Part shown: positions 1 to 10,771 of the stretch, piece after piece
Layout: each line of letters starts with the position of its first letter
How positions within the stretch are numbered: position 1 is the first letter of the stretch
From: Sedimenticola sp.
GTDB lineage: Bacteria > Pseudomonadota > Gammaproteobacteria > Chromatiales > Chromatiaceae
Direction: 5' to 3'
Length of the DNA stretch: 64,000 nucleotides
Assembly (NCBI GenBank): GCA_026196475.1
Contig: JAPHTA010000014.1
Coordinates: forward strand, 934-64,933
Made by a program: the position numbers and the translations under genes
The notes under the pieces: generated by a model
Told to the model about the DNA's origin: nothing
The model's input: the letters and a program-made list of their open reading frames with translations, nothing else
The model's database searches: none

Positions 1-1364
1 GGCGCATGAACCGTTACGGCATTCTCTCCCGCTACGTGCCCGCGTTTGCCAATATCGTGGGTCGCATGCAGTACGACCTGTTCCACGTGTTCACGGTGGA
101 CAAGCACACCCTGTTCGTAATTCGCAACCTGAGACGGCTCACCGTCCCCGAGTACCGCCACGAGTACCCGCTGTGCAGCGACATCATGGAGAAGCTGCCC
201 AAGCACGAGCTGATCTACCTGGCCGCCCTGTTCCACGATATCGCCAAGGGGCGCGGCGGCGACCACTCCGAGCTGGGGGCCAAGGAGGCGTGGGATTTCT
301 GCAAGCTGCACGACCTGAACGACTACGACAGCCGCCTGGTCTCCTGGCTGGTGGAGAACCACCTGCTGATGTCGATCACCGCCCAGCGCAAGGACACCAG
401 CGATCCCGACGTGATCCAGCATTTTGCCCGCATCGTGAAGAACCCGGTGCAGCTGGACTACCTCTACCTGCTGACCATGGCCGACATCCGCGCCACCGAC
501 CCGGCCAAGTGGAACAGCTGGAAGAACTCGCTGCTGCGGGATCTCTACATCGCCACCAAGCAGGCCCTGCTGCGCGGACTGCACAACCCCCAGGAGCGGG
601 AGGAGATCATCAGCAACAAGCAGGCCGGCGCCCTGCACATGCTGAAATCGGAGGGCATGGACCCGGCCAGCACGGAGGGCCACTGGGCCACCCTCAGCCC
701 GGACTACTTCCTCTACCACACCTGGGAGGAGATCGCCTGGCAGACCCGCATGATCCTCACCTGCGAGCCGGAACAGCTGCCACTGGTACTGCTGCGCAAG
801 TCCAGTACCCGGGGCGGCACCGAGGTATTCCTGTACGGCCCGGACCGGGATGACCTGTTTGCCATCATCACCAGCCAGCTGGACCAGCTGGGCCTGAATA
901 TCGTCAGCGCACGGATCGAGACCCTGGATAACGGCCTGGCCCTGAACAGCTTCCTGGTGCTGGAGAAGGATGGCAGCCCGGTGGAGGAGATAGGACGGCG
1001 GGAGGAGATCTGCGACCTGCTGCGGGAGGCGCTGACCAACCCGGAACCGTCAAACTGGGAGGTATCACGCCGTATCCCGCGTCAGCTCAAGCACTTCTCG
1101 ACCCCGACCCGGATCGACTTCGTGCAGGATCACGGCAACCAGCGCACCATCATGAAGCTGGTCACCGATGACCGCCCGGGACTCCTGTCCCAGGTCGGAT
1201 TCGCCTTCGCCAGCTGCAATATCAAGCTGATCAGCGCCAAGATCGCCACCATCGGCGCCGAGGCGGAAGACACCTTCTTCATCACCGGTACCGACGACAG
1301 GCCGCTCAGCCACCGGGAGCAGTTCGAGGCCCTGGAGCAAGCGATCCAGGAGCGGGTCAACTGA
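1..1364 (+). CDS. glnD: [Protein-PII] uridylyltransferase/uridylyl-removing enzyme, C-terminal part (5' end lies outside the window)
   Basis: The ORF is open to the window edge. It has the HD-domain signature LFHDIAKGRGGDHSELG and two C-terminal ACT-like repeats (VFLYGPDRDDLFAIITSQL, MKLVTDDRPGLLSQVGFAF). Confidence 0.9.
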   Translation, partial: RMNRYGILSRYVPAFANIVGRMQYDLFHVFTVDKHTLFVIRNLRRLTVPEYRHEYPLCSDIMEKLPKHELIYLAALFHDIAKGRGGDHSELGAKEAWDFCKLHDLNDYDSRLVSWLVENHLLMSITAQRKDTSDPDVIQHFARIVKNPVQLDYLYLLTMADIRATDPAKWNSWKNSLLRDLYIATKQALLRGLHNPQEREEIISNKQAGALHMLKSEGMDPASTEGHWATLSPDYFLYHTWEEIAWQTRMILTCEPEQLPLVLLRKSSTRGGTEVFLYGPDRDDLFAIITSQLDQLGLNIVSARIETLDNGLALNSFLVLEKDGSPVEEIGRREEICDLLREALTNPEPSNWEVSRRIPRQLKHFSTPTRIDFVQDHGNQRTIMKLVTDDRPGLLSQVGFAFASCNIKLISAKIATIGAEAEDTFFITGTDDRPLSHREQFEALEQAIQERVN

Positions 1365-1383
1365 GACCCATCCTGAAGACCCG

Positions 1384-1935
1384 TCAGGTGGCCGGCAGGG
1401 TCGAGGCCAACAGGGTGAAGAGCCCGGCTCCAAGAACGGAAACCAGCATCAGCAGGCCAACAAACAAGCGCTCCATATGGCCTGCGATAGAGGCCTCCAT
1501 GCCCTGGTTGTTATTGCACTCCTCGGCACACTTGGCCTGTGCCTGCAGGGCGCCGGTTTCCGGATAGAGGTTGATGCCGAACGATTTCAGGTAGATTTCC
1601 CGAATTGCCTTGTGAACGATACGCAGGCGCAGATCCTCGCCCCCCAGGTAGATCTTACTGCGCCAGATCAGGACAAGATTCAACCCGCATAACGCCCAGG
1701 AGAGCCAGGTCAGAAGGGATACCATCGTCGGGTGCCCTCCATCCATATAACCGTACCCCTTGAGAAAGTGATAGATCACGTAGGGCAGAGAAACGATCAC
1801 CAGGTGGTAGAAAAAGAGCTTGTAATAGGTACTCCAGTAGAAGCGATGCCGGTGCTTGAATATATCGCTCAGGTCCTTGACCACTTCAACTGCGGTGGAC
1901 TCCTGCATGAGCTCCTCTCCTGGTTCAGCCATCAA
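1384..1935 (-). CDS. Hypothetical integral membrane protein
   Basis: This 183-aa ORF has several hydrophobic helices. Its start overlaps the end of the upstream oxidoreductase gene by 11 nt, suggesting an operon with manC. I recognise no family. Confidence 0.5.
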   Translation of the reverse strand: MMAEPGEELMQESTAVEVVKDLSDIFKHRHRFYWSTYYKLFFYHLVIVSLPYVIYHFLKGYGYMDGGHPTMVSLLTWLSWALCGLNLVLIWRSKIYLGGEDLRLRIVHKAIREIYLKSFGINLYPETGALQAQAKCAEECNNNQGMEASIAGHMERLFVGLLMLVSVLGAGLFTLLASTLPAT

Positions 1936-2812
1936 TCCTCTCCAGCATGCGATTAAGCAATCGGCTCACTTCAACTGCGTCGTCCCACTCCAGCAGCGGG
2001 GAGGTGTCCTGCGCCAGGCCGGCAGCAACAACTGCCCGGTAGTCAACCCGGTCAGAGAGATCAAAGCGCCGCCTTGTTCCATCCTGCAACTCCATCTCAA
2101 CCTCCTTGCTCTCTTCTCCCCGCTGGCCCAGGGCCAGAATGACCTGCTTCCCACCCCAGGCAAAAGATAACTGCAGTGCCCGCTCCGCCGCGCCGGGATG
2201 GTCGAAATACTCGACATCACTGAGAGCAATATCGGTGACGTTCGCCAGGCTCTGAAAATCTCCTGCCATTAACCCCAGCAGGGAGACCAGGTGGTGTCCC
2301 AGGTCAAGAATCACCCCGCCATGCCCGGCTCGAGTCCACATCCAGGGACGCTTTTCCCGTCTGAGTTCACACAGCGAGAGGGATATCACCTTTATCCGGC
2401 CGGCATTCAACCGATAATAGTCCACGCAGTCTGCCACTTGCGTCTTGAACAGGTAGTGGTCTATCACCCTCGCCCGTTGCGGATCATGCAGATCTGGTAT
2501 CACGGGCAGTGGTTTTTCACATAACACCCGTGGTACGCCGGCATCCGTCAGCCGCCGCAGGTAACCGGCATGGCTTACCGGAGGGGTCAGTATCAGCGCC
2601 ATATCCAGAAGCGCCAGGTTCGCCTCCAGTTCAGCCTGGTTGTGCTGGTCAATCAGAAGCAGCTGGTAGTGTTGCAGGAGTTGCGCCTGCACCCGCCGAC
2701 CCAGTTCACCGCCGGCACCAATCAGGGCGATCACAAGCCGCCCACCCGCCGCGTCGCCATCAATCGCTCCTGCCGTAGCGGTCTTCAAAACGGACGATAT
2801 CATCCTCGCCAA
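1925..2812 (-). CDS. Gfo/Idh/MocA-type NAD(P)-dependent oxidoreductase
   Basis: It has a Rossmann motif [12 protein letters not shown] and the family EKP motif (LCEKPLP). The start is uncertain because the track start overlaps the manC 3' end by 53 nt. Confidence 0.6.
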   Translation of the reverse strand: MARMISSVLKTATAGAIDGDAAGGRLVIALIGAGGELGRRVQAQLLQHYQLLLIDQHNQAELEANLALLDMALILTPPVSHAGYLRRLTDAGVPRVLCEKPLPVIPDLHDPQRARVIDHYLFKTQVADCVDYYRLNAGRIKVISLSLCELRREKRPWMWTRAGHGGVILDLGHHLVSLLGLMAGDFQSLANVTDIALSDVEYFDHPGAAERALQLSFAWGGKQVILALGQRGEESKEVEMELQDGTRRRFDLSDRVDYRAVVAAGLAQDTSPLLEWDDAVEVSRLLNRMLERIDG

Positions 2813-4166
2813 GGTAGCTGCCGGTCTGCACCTCCACCATCTCCAGCGGGATCACCCCCGGATTCTCCAGGCTATGGGTGGTGCCTATCGGGATGTAGGT
2901 GGACTGGTTTTCGGACAGTAGCAGCACCTCTTCGCCGCGGGTCACGCTGGCGGTACCCTTCACCACGATCCAGTGTTCCGCCCGGTGGTGGTGCATCTGC
3001 AGCGACAGCTTGGCGCCCGGATTGACCACGATGCGCTTGGCCTGGTGCCGCTCACCCAGGTCAATCGAGTCGTAGAAGCCCCAGGGACGGTAGACCTTGC
3101 GGTGCAACTCGCTCTCGCTGCGCCCGGCGGCCTTCAGCTGTTCAACTATCTGTTTTACCTCCTGCACCCGGGATTTCGGTGCCACCATCACCGCGTCGTC
3201 GGTCTCAACCACTACCATATCGCTCAGCCCCACCGCCGCCACCAGCTTATTCTCCGACTGGATGTAGCAGTCCCGGGTGTCCACGCTCAGCACGTCCCCC
3301 TTCAGGGAGTTACCCCGGCCATCCTTGTCTGCCACCTCCCACAGGGCGGACCAGGAGCCGACATCGCTCCAGCCGGCATCCAGCGGCACCACCACTGCCT
3401 GGTCTGTCTTCTCCATCACCGCGTAGTCGATGGAGTCCGCAGGACAGTCGATGAAGGCCTGGCGCTGCATGCGGACGAAATCCGGTGAGACCTGGGCGCC
3501 CTGGTGCGCTTCGCGGCAGGCTTCGAGGATATCCGGACGGTAACGCTCCAGCTCCTGCAGATAACGTCCGGCACTGAACACGAACATGCCACTGTTCCAG
3601 TAGTAGTCCTTGCCATCCAGGTAACCTTTGGCCGTCTCCAGGTCCGGTTTTTCGACGAAGGCATCCACCTCGAAGCAGCCGTCCTGATCGGCGTTCCGCC
3701 CACGCCGGATGTAGCCGTACCCGGTTTCGGGGGATACGGGCACGATACCGAAGGTGACCAGCCGCCCCCGGCCCGCGGCGGATGCCGCCTGCGCGATCGC
3801 CCGGTGGAACGCGCTGATATCGGAAATGACGTGATCCGCGGCCAGCACCAGCAACAGCTCATCCTCCGACCCTGCGGCCAGGGCCGCCATGGCGACCGCC
3901 GGGGCGGTATTGCGCCCGACCGGTTCCAGCAGGATGGCCTGCGCCCTGATTCCCTGCTCGCGCAACTGCTCAGCCACCATGAAGCGGTGATCCTCGTTGC
4001 AGACCACGATTGGCGACTGGAGGTCCGGCAGCCCCTCCAGCCTGGCCACCGTCTCCTGCAGCATGGTGTTATCGGTTACCAGGGGAAGGAACTGCTTGGG
4101 ATACTGACTGCGGGAGAGCGGCCATAACCTTGTACCCGAACCGCCTGACAGAATTACCGGAATCAT
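2760..4166 (-). CDS. manC: Mannose-1-phosphate guanylyltransferase / mannose-6-phosphate isomerase (bifunctional, type II PMI)
   Basis: The N-terminus [19 protein letters not shown] is a nucleotidyltransferase signature, and there is a C-terminal cupin ([13 protein letters not shown]). I moved the start to the internal ATG at 4166, which is preceded by GGGGAG. Confidence 0.9.
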   Translation of the reverse strand: MIPVILSGGSGTRLWPLSRSQYPKQFLPLVTDNTMLQETVARLEGLPDLQSPIVVCNEDHRFMVAEQLREQGIRAQAILLEPVGRNTAPAVAMAALAAGSEDELLLVLAADHVISDISAFHRAIAQAASAAGRGRLVTFGIVPVSPETGYGYIRRGRNADQDGCFEVDAFVEKPDLETAKGYLDGKDYYWNSGMFVFSAGRYLQELERYRPDILEACREAHQGAQVSPDFVRMQRQAFIDCPADSIDYAVMEKTDQAVVVPLDAGWSDVGSWSALWEVADKDGRGNSLKGDVLSVDTRDCYIQSENKLVAAVGLSDMVVVETDDAVMVAPKSRVQEVKQIVEQLKAAGRSESELHRKVYRPWGFYDSIDLGERHQAKRIVVNPGAKLSLQMHHHRAEHWIVVKGTASVTRGEEVLLLSENQSTYIPIGTTHSLENPGVIPLEMVEVQTGSYLGEDDIVRFEDRYGRSD

Positions 4167-4582
4167 TTCATCTCCCCTCGATCTCATATCCCTGAAGACC
4201 GGACCAGACAGCCGCCGCGCGAACCGTTGCATCCAGGCCATGTTGTTGTACCAGCCGCTCTACCCGCCTGTTGCCGGGTCTCCCGACGGCATTCGCTCTA
4301 AGTCTATAGTATTTTCCGCCACCTTGACGACCGTACGCCGCTTGCACACCGTTATGACCCTGTCACATTCTCCTGCTTAACTGGCACATGAATTCCATCC
4401 TGCAAAGCGGTATGATTCCGGCCACTTTGCGTCACGGAACAACGGGAGTACCGGGATCATGATCGGCAGGATGGATGCAACAGGGACCGTTTCAGCAACG
4501 ACGACTGTAACCGGGGATCGACGAATGATATGGGACCGACGTATCCCGCAGGGCGGGCAAGTCCGGGGAACAGACAACCGGC

Positions 4583-5389
4583 ATGGATAGCCTGCAGATA
4601 CTGATTCTTGCCCTGGTTCAGGGTCTGACCGAGTTTCTGCCAATCTCCAGTTCGGCGCACCTGATTCTTACCCCCATGCTGCTGGGCTACCACGACCAGG
4701 GACTGGCGTTCGATGTCGCGGTTCACCTCGGCTCGCTGCTGGCAGTCACCACCTACTTCCGTCACGAACTGGTGCACATGGCGGGGGATTTTTTCCGCTC
4801 CCTGCCCAGGGGCGGGAAGAAGACCGGGAACTCACGCATGGTGTGGATGATCATCATCGCCACCCTGCCCATCATGCTGGCGGGAGAGTTGTTCATCACC
4901 GTGGTGGAACACGACCTGCGCTCGGTCGGGGTGATCGCCACCACCACCATTCTTTTCGGCCTGCTGCTGCTCTGGTATGACCGCCGCGGCGCCCAGAACC
5001 GGGATGAATACACCACCCGCTGGAAGGACGCCCTGATCATCGGGCTGTTCCAGGTGCTGGCACTGATTCCGGGGACCTCCCGCTCCGGTATCACCATGAC
5101 TGCGGGCATGATGCTGGGATTGACCCGGGAGGCCGCCTCCCGCTTCTCATTCCTACTCTCGATTCCCACCATTCTGATGTCCGGCAGCATGGTCACGCTG
5201 GAGCTGGTACTCAATCCGACCCCGGTCAACTGGCTGGCGATGGCCTCCGGCGCGCTGCTGTCGTTCGCCTCGGCCTACCTCTGCATCCACTACTTCCTGC
5301 AACTGATCAGCCGTATCGGCATGCTGCCCTTCGTCATCTACCGGATGCTGCTGGGCGGGGTACTGGTCTGGATCTGGATGGCCCACTGA
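4583..5389 (+). CDS. uppP: Undecaprenyl-diphosphate phosphatase
   Basis: The BacA/UppP N-terminal signature LVQGLTEFLPISSSAHL is present in a 268-aa polytopic membrane protein. Confidence 0.92.
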   Translation: MDSLQILILALVQGLTEFLPISSSAHLILTPMLLGYHDQGLAFDVAVHLGSLLAVTTYFRHELVHMAGDFFRSLPRGGKKTGNSRMVWMIIIATLPIMLAGELFITVVEHDLRSVGVIATTTILFGLLLLWYDRRGAQNRDEYTTRWKDALIIGLFQVLALIPGTSRSGITMTAGMMLGLTREAASRFSFLLSIPTILMSGSMVTLELVLNPTPVNWLAMASGALLSFASAYLCIHYFLQLISRIGMLPFVIYRMLLGGVLVWIWMAH

Positions 5390-5401
5390 ACGCCCGGCAG
5401 A

Positions 5402-5415
5402 CCCCGCATGCGGGG
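5402..5415. terminator. GC-rich palindrome between convergent uppP and lysA (possible bidirectional terminator hairpin)
   Basis: The perfect palindrome CCCCGCATGCGGGG lies in the 27-nt gap between two convergent stop codons. Confidence 0.45.
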
Positions 5416-5416
5416 C

Positions 5417-6676
5417 TTAGTCCGCCGGCGTGTAGAGGTCCGCCTCGTAATCCAGGGTGGCGAACAGATCCTCCAGGGTCTCCTCGCGCCGGATCAGCTC
5501 CACCGAACCATCGCTGCGCAACAACAGCTCCTTGGGGCGTGCCTTTCCGTTGTAGTTGAAGCCCATGGCGTGGCCGTGAGCCCCGGTATCGTGGATACAC
5601 AACAGATCACCATCGCTGACTTTCGGCAGCGTGCGCTGGATGGCGAACTTGTCGTTGTTCTCACACAGGGAGCCGGCCACGTCCACCACCTCGTCCGACC
5701 CGGAGTGGCCGGGTACCGTGATGTGGTGATAGGCGCCGTACATGCCGGGTCGCATCAGGGCGGACATGCAGGCATCGACCCCGACATAGGTGCGGTAGAT
5801 CTCCTTGCGATTGATCGCCCGGGTCACCAGGACACCGTGCGGGCCGGTGATGTAGCGCCCGCTCTCCACGTAGAGTTTCGGGGTATAGCCATGTTTCTGC
5901 CCGAATACCTGGAACAGCTCGGTGATCTCCCGCGCCATGGCGTCGATATCCAGGGCTGTCTCCTCGGGACGGTAGGGTATGCCAAGGCCGCCACCGATGT
6001 TGATAAAATCGAAACGGATGTCCAGCTCTTGGGAAATCCACTCCACACGCTCCAGCAGCATCCGTGCCGTCTCCACCATGTAGGTGTAGTTCAACTCGTT
6101 GGAGGCGAGCATGGTGTGCAGGCCAAACCGTTTCGCACCTCGCGCCTTGGCCCGCCGGTAGGCGTCCAGCAGCTGGTCGTGGGCGACACCGTACTTGGCC
6201 TCCACCGGGGTGCCGATGATGCTGTTACCGGTGCGCCGCTCTCCGGGGTTGTAACGGAAGCAGATCAGCTCCGGCATCTCCGGCACCTTGTCGACAAGCG
6301 AGATATCGTCCAGGTTGAGGACACATCCCCCTTCTGCCGCTGCCCCCTCGAAGTCGGTCTGGCTGGTGTTATTCGAGGTGAACATGATCTCCTCGCCGCG
6401 GGCACCGAGGTCCCGGCACAGGCGCAGCTCCGCCACCGAGCTGCAGTCGAAGCCGAAGCCGAGGGACTGCATGATCTGCAGGATGCGCGGATTGGGCAGC
6501 GCCTTAACCGCGTAGTACTCGCGAAAACCCTCTATCCCCGAGAACACCCGGTTCAGGTGTTCACCGGTATCGCGGATGCCCTGCTCGTCGTAGATGTGGA
6601 ACGGGGTGCCGTAGTGGTCGGCAATACCCTGCAGAAGCGGGTTGAGGCGCTGTTCGAAATCGGCTGACATCGGCAT
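5417..6676 (-). CDS. lysA: Diaminopimelate decarboxylase-family PLP enzyme (Orn/DAP/Arg decarboxylase fold)
   Basis: It has an alanine-racemase-fold decarboxylase N-terminus (YGTPFHIYDE, YAVKALPNP with the PLP lysine) and CENNDKF near the C-terminus. It lies directly downstream of dapL. Confidence 0.8.
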   Translation of the reverse strand: MPMSADFEQRLNPLLQGIADHYGTPFHIYDEQGIRDTGEHLNRVFSGIEGFREYYAVKALPNPRILQIMQSLGFGFDCSSVAELRLCRDLGARGEEIMFTSNNTSQTDFEGAAAEGGCVLNLDDISLVDKVPEMPELICFRYNPGERRTGNSIIGTPVEAKYGVAHDQLLDAYRRAKARGAKRFGLHTMLASNELNYTYMVETARMLLERVEWISQELDIRFDFINIGGGLGIPYRPEETALDIDAMAREITELFQVFGQKHGYTPKLYVESGRYITGPHGVLVTRAINRKEIYRTYVGVDACMSALMRPGMYGAYHHITVPGHSGSDEVVDVAGSLCENNDKFAIQRTLPKVSDGDLLCIHDTGAHGHAMGFNYNGKARPKELLLRSDGSVELIRREETLEDLFATLDYEADLYTPAD

Positions 6677-6766
6677 GATCTGTTTTTTCCGTCTATGTCA
6701 TGGGGGCCGCCCGGACCGGGTCGTCCGTTCCGGGTGGACCGTTCTGTAAGTGGAGAATCGGCTACT

Positions 6767-7993
6767 TCAGAGGTGCTGGCTGATCCGGTCCATGGCGGTC
6801 TTGACGTTCTCGAAGCTGTTGAAGGCACTGATCCGGATATACCCCTCTCCGCACTTGCCGAAACCGGCGCCCGGAGTACAAACCACCGCCGCCTGGTTCA
6901 GCAGCTTGTCGAAAAAGGCCCAGGAGTCTCCCTTGCCGTCGATCCAGATATAAGGAGAGTTCTCACCGCCGATGCACTCGTACCCGAGCGCCTCCATCTT
7001 CTCCCGGATGTAGCGGGCGTTATTGAGATAGTAGGCCACCAGCTCCTTCACCTGCTTCTGGCCAGCCTCGCTGTAGACCGCCTCGGCGGCACGCTGAACC
7101 GGGTAGGAGACGCTGTTGAACTTGGTGGTATGGCGACGGTTCCAGAGGCTGTGCACCGACACCGCCTCGCCGCCCTCGGTATAGGCCATGCACTCTTTCG
7201 GCACCACGGTGAAGGCGCAGCGGGTTCCGGTGAAACCGGCGGTCTTGGAGAAGCTGCGGAACTCGATCGCCACCTCCTTTGCACCCTCCACCTCGTAGAT
7301 CGAGTGCGGCAGGGTCTCGTCCTGCACGAACGCCTCGTAGGCGGCATCGAACAGGATCAAAGCCTTGTTCGCCCGGGCGTAGTCGACCCACTCCTTGAGC
7401 TGGGCTCTGGTGGCGGTGGAGCCGGTCGGGTTGTTCGGGAAGCAGAGGTAGATCAGGTCCACCGGCTCTTCCGGCAGGGCCGGAATGAAGCCGTTCTCCC
7501 GGTTGCCGTCCAGGTAGACCAGGCCATCGTAACGGCCGGTCTCGCTGTTCCAGTCGCCACTGCGACCCGCCATCACGTTGGTATCCACGTAGACCGGGTA
7601 GACCGGATCGGTGATAGCCACCTTGATGTCAGTGGAGAAGATCTCCTGGAAGTTGCCACTGTCGCACTTGGCACCATCACTGACGAACACCTCGTCGGCC
7701 TGGATATCCGCGCCCCGGGCCTGAAAATCGTTCCTGGCGATCGCTTCGCGCAGGAAGTCGTAGCCCTGCTCCGGACCGTAGCCATGGAAAGTGGCATCGC
7801 TGGCCATCTCGTCAACCGCCGCATGGAAGGCGCTGACACAGGCCTCCGGCAGGGCCCGGGTGACATCACCGATACCCAGCTTGATCAGCGCCTTGTCCGG
7901 GTTCGCCTGCTGAAAGGCGGCCACCCGCTTGGCGATATTGGAGAAGAGGTACGAGGCCTGGAGTTTCTGGTAGTGCTGGTTGATCTTGATCAT
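6767..7993 (-). CDS. dapL: LL-diaminopimelate aminotransferase
   Basis: The N-terminus [24 protein letters not shown] and the motifs LGIGDVT and [15 protein letters not shown] (PLP lysine) are typical of DapL. Confidence 0.85.
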   Translation of the reverse strand: MIKINQHYQKLQASYLFSNIAKRVAAFQQANPDKALIKLGIGDVTRALPEACVSAFHAAVDEMASDATFHGYGPEQGYDFLREAIARNDFQARGADIQADEVFVSDGAKCDSGNFQEIFSTDIKVAITDPVYPVYVDTNVMAGRSGDWNSETGRYDGLVYLDGNRENGFIPALPEEPVDLIYLCFPNNPTGSTATRAQLKEWVDYARANKALILFDAAYEAFVQDETLPHSIYEVEGAKEVAIEFRSFSKTAGFTGTRCAFTVVPKECMAYTEGGEAVSVHSLWNRRHTTKFNSVSYPVQRAAEAVYSEAGQKQVKELVAYYLNNARYIREKMEALGYECIGGENSPYIWIDGKGDSWAFFDKLLNQAAVVCTPGAGFGKCGEGYIRISAFNSFENVKTAMDRISQHL

Positions 7994-8263
7994 CTGGTGG
8001 ATACCCCGGTTGCTGCGCTTAACACCTTGTTCAAGCTGTCCTGTAAGGTGATTCGGACCGGAGGAGTGCCGGAATGAGGTCGCCCCGGTGGCCGAATCTG
8101 ACTCTGTCTGAAAGCGGCGTAGTATAGGGTATCCGCGCCGTGCAGACCATATCGGCCGACATGTCCGGTCGTCTTCAAGGCCCCGGAGCAGGGGATAAAT
8201 AACCTGGGCTCAAGAGGGGAATATAACGCTTGCCGACGTTCGATTCGATCCGCGGCCGACCAG

Positions 8264-9070
8264 CTACCGCGTTGCCGTATTCTTACCCACCAGGTCGCTA
8301 TAGGCATGCCAGCTGGCGTGTCCTACCAGAGGCATGAACAGAATCAGGCCAAGAAAGAAGGTTACCAGACCCAGGCCCACGAACATCACTATCAGGGCCG
8401 CCCATAGCATTAACGGACGTGGATTGTGACGCACGCAACGCACGCTGGTGTACACGGCACCCATCACGTCCGCATTGCGGTCGATTATCATCGGGACCGA
8501 GACAACGCTGATACAGAACACGCCAAGGGCGAGCAAACCCCCAACCAGCAAACCGCTGGCCATGAAAGCGGGACTGTCGCCGGAGAAAAAGAGTACCGTG
8601 AGGGCGTTCTCCAAATCGGGCGTCACGCCAGTGAAAGTGATCGCGAACACCAGGTTCGACAACAGCACCCAGATCAGAAATCCGATCAACAGCACCAGCC
8701 CCATTGCCAGCAAGTTGAAGGTGGCACGCCGCCACACCATCAGCGTGCCGCCGAGGGTCGGTTCACCATCCGACGCAAGCACCCGACTCACCTCGTAAAG
8801 CCCCATCGCCAGCAAGGGTGAAAGAAGAAAGAAACCCGCCGCCAGTGCCGGAATGAAAAAAAACATACCGAGCGACACAAACAGTCCGGTCAACAGGAAA
8901 CTGGCAAGCACGAACAGCAGACCATAAGAGAGGCTGAGCAGCGGTACCCGTTTCATATCCTGCCATCCGGCGGCGATCCAGCGCCAGGGATCATCCATCG
9001 TAATGTTGTTGACCTCGGGAACCTGAACCGGCAGATCGCCGTGGAGAAGGGAGTCGTTGCCTGTACTCAT
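8264..9070 (-). CDS. DUF2189-type integral membrane protein (family often found next to cytochrome oxidase genes)
   Basis: This is a polytopic membrane ORF with a family-like N-terminus (DPWRWIAAGWQDMKRVPLLSLSYGLLF). I set the start at the first ATG; the track start is GTG. Confidence 0.65.
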   Translation of the reverse strand: MSTGNDSLLHGDLPVQVPEVNNITMDDPWRWIAAGWQDMKRVPLLSLSYGLLFVLASFLLTGLFVSLGMFFFIPALAAGFFLLSPLLAMGLYEVSRVLASDGEPTLGGTLMVWRRATFNLLAMGLVLLIGFLIWVLLSNLVFAITFTGVTPDLENALTVLFFSGDSPAFMASGLLVGGLLALGVFCISVVSVPMIIDRNADVMGAVYTSVRCVRHNPRPLMLWAALIVMFVGLGLVTFFLGLILFMPLVGHASWHAYSDLVGKNTATR

Positions 9071-9645
9071 TTGCACTATCCTGCTGTCTGCGTTCGGGAG
9101 AGAGACGCCGCGCGTTATCCCCTTATATCAGTACAGCAGTATGCTTCAAGCCCAAATATTTCGGGGTAATAGAGTATTCAACGACTGCATTCCTGCGGGA
9201 ACGAAGCACCAGCCGAATCCTGCCATGTTGCCTTTTCAAGAGCTTGGTCCATACTGAATTCAATGCGTTTTGATCCTGATGGATGCTTAAGGCAATCGCA
9301 GGCAGAACACGTGGTAAGCGGAATTTTCAATCATGATGGTCTACGTGCGCGGGTTTCCATGATTCCCGTGGGGTTGCGAACGGGACCTGCAGACAGGATA
9401 CTGAATCGCAACACAAAGAATAATTCAGGCCAGACCTGAAGCCGGTCCACCCGTTAGATTCATATCAAACGATACTTTATATGGTGGCGCCAGGTTCCGG
9501 ATTACCGACCCGGTTCGGTGGCCCCGGATTCAACATTTGACATACCAAGCGAAAACAACAGCCGTAAGGGGTAAGCAGTCGACTAGATATGCAGCTTGAT
9601 ATCTGACCCGTATTTTTCACTTCGTGACAACAGGGGAAGAGCAGT

Positions 9646-10764
9646 ATGTGCAGCAGATTAACCGGCATGGCAATGCTAATGATCTTCGGGTTAACCGGTA
9701 CGCAACCGGCCCGGGCGGAATACGGCATCAACTTCCCCCCCCCCGCCGCGGATGTCGCGCAGGAGATCTACGACATCCACATGCTGACCATGCAGATCTC
9801 CACATTTCTCCTGCTGGTCGTCTTCTCCATCGTCATCTACTCGATCTACTTTCACCGCAAGAGCCGGGGCTACAAGGCCGACCAGCACTTTCACAACACC
9901 TGGTTTGGTAACTGGTCCTGGGTCATCGTGCCGGCCCTGGTGCTGGGAGTCGACCTCACCATCGCCCACAACGCCGATGCGGTCCTGAAGAAGATCTGGG
10001 ACGTCCCAAAGGGCGAAAAACTGATGGATGTGAAGGTTACCGGCCACCAGTGGTGGTGGGAGTTCGACTACCTGGATCACGGCATCAAGGTGGAGAGCCG
10101 GTATATACCGAAAGAGCAGTCGGGTGATCTCTACCTGCGCGAAGTGGATAACCGGCTGGTCCTGCCCACCAACACCAAGATCCGTTTCCTGCATACCTCC
10201 GCCGACGTACTGCACGCCTTCTGGGTGCCTGAACTGGCCTTCAAGAAGGACGCAATCCCGGGTTACGTTACCGAGACCTGGTCGGAGCTGAACCGCGAGG
10301 GCGTGTTCCGCGGGCAGTGCGCCGAACTGTGCGGTACCTGGCACTCGCGCATGCCCATCGTGGTCGAATCGGTATCACCGGAGAAGTTCCAGGCCTGGGT
10401 TGAAAAGCAGCAGGCCCTGAAAGTCGCCGCAGCCGAAGAGGCCTCCGCCGACAGGACCTGGAGCAGGAACGAGCTGATCAGCAAGGGCAAGGAGCTGTAC
10501 AACACCAAGTGTGGCGCCTGCCACCAGGCCAACGGCATGGGCCTGCCCCCCGCCTTCCCGCCGCTCAACGGATCACCCCTCGTTAGCGGCCCGATAGAGG
10601 CACATCTGGATATCGTGATCAACGGCAAGCCGGGCACCGCGATGCAGGCCTGGAGCAGTCTCAACGACCTGGAGATCGCATCCATCGTCACCTACGAGCG
10701 CAACGCCTGGGACAACAACACCGGCGATGTGGTTCAACCCGCTGATGTCAAGAAGGCGCGCTGA
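9646..10764 (+). CDS. coxB: Cytochrome c oxidase subunit II with C-terminal cytochrome c domain
   Basis: CuA site HAFWVPELAFKKD ... CAELCGTWHSRM and C-terminal haem c motif CGACH are present. A GGGGAAGAG ribosome-binding site lies upstream. Confidence 0.92.
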   Translation: MCSRLTGMAMLMIFGLTGTQPARAEYGINFPPPAADVAQEIYDIHMLTMQISTFLLLVVFSIVIYSIYFHRKSRGYKADQHFHNTWFGNWSWVIVPALVLGVDLTIAHNADAVLKKIWDVPKGEKLMDVKVTGHQWWWEFDYLDHGIKVESRYIPKEQSGDLYLREVDNRLVLPTNTKIRFLHTSADVLHAFWVPELAFKKDAIPGYVTETWSELNREGVFRGQCAELCGTWHSRMPIVVESVSPEKFQAWVEKQQALKVAAAEEASADRTWSRNELISKGKELYNTKCGACHQANGMGLPPAFPPLNGSPLVSGPIEAHLDIVINGKPGTAMQAWSSLNDLEIASIVTYERNAWDNNTGDVVQPADVKKAR

Positions 10765-10771
10765 GGAGCAG

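Noticed and set aside
5408-6667. A 419-aa plus-strand ORF exactly antisense to lysA. Similar long antisense or out-of-frame ORFs occur at 6695-8077, 11168-12430, 13215-13964, 16730-18004, 17944-18846, 60564-62087, 60818-61822 and 61853-62749.
   Set aside because: All lie in the high-GC flanks opposite or overlapping genes with unmistakable family motifs. Their translations are Arg/Pro/Gly/Ala-rich low-complexity strings, typical of stop-codon-poor high-GC DNA. None has a ribosome-binding site or a recognisable motif.
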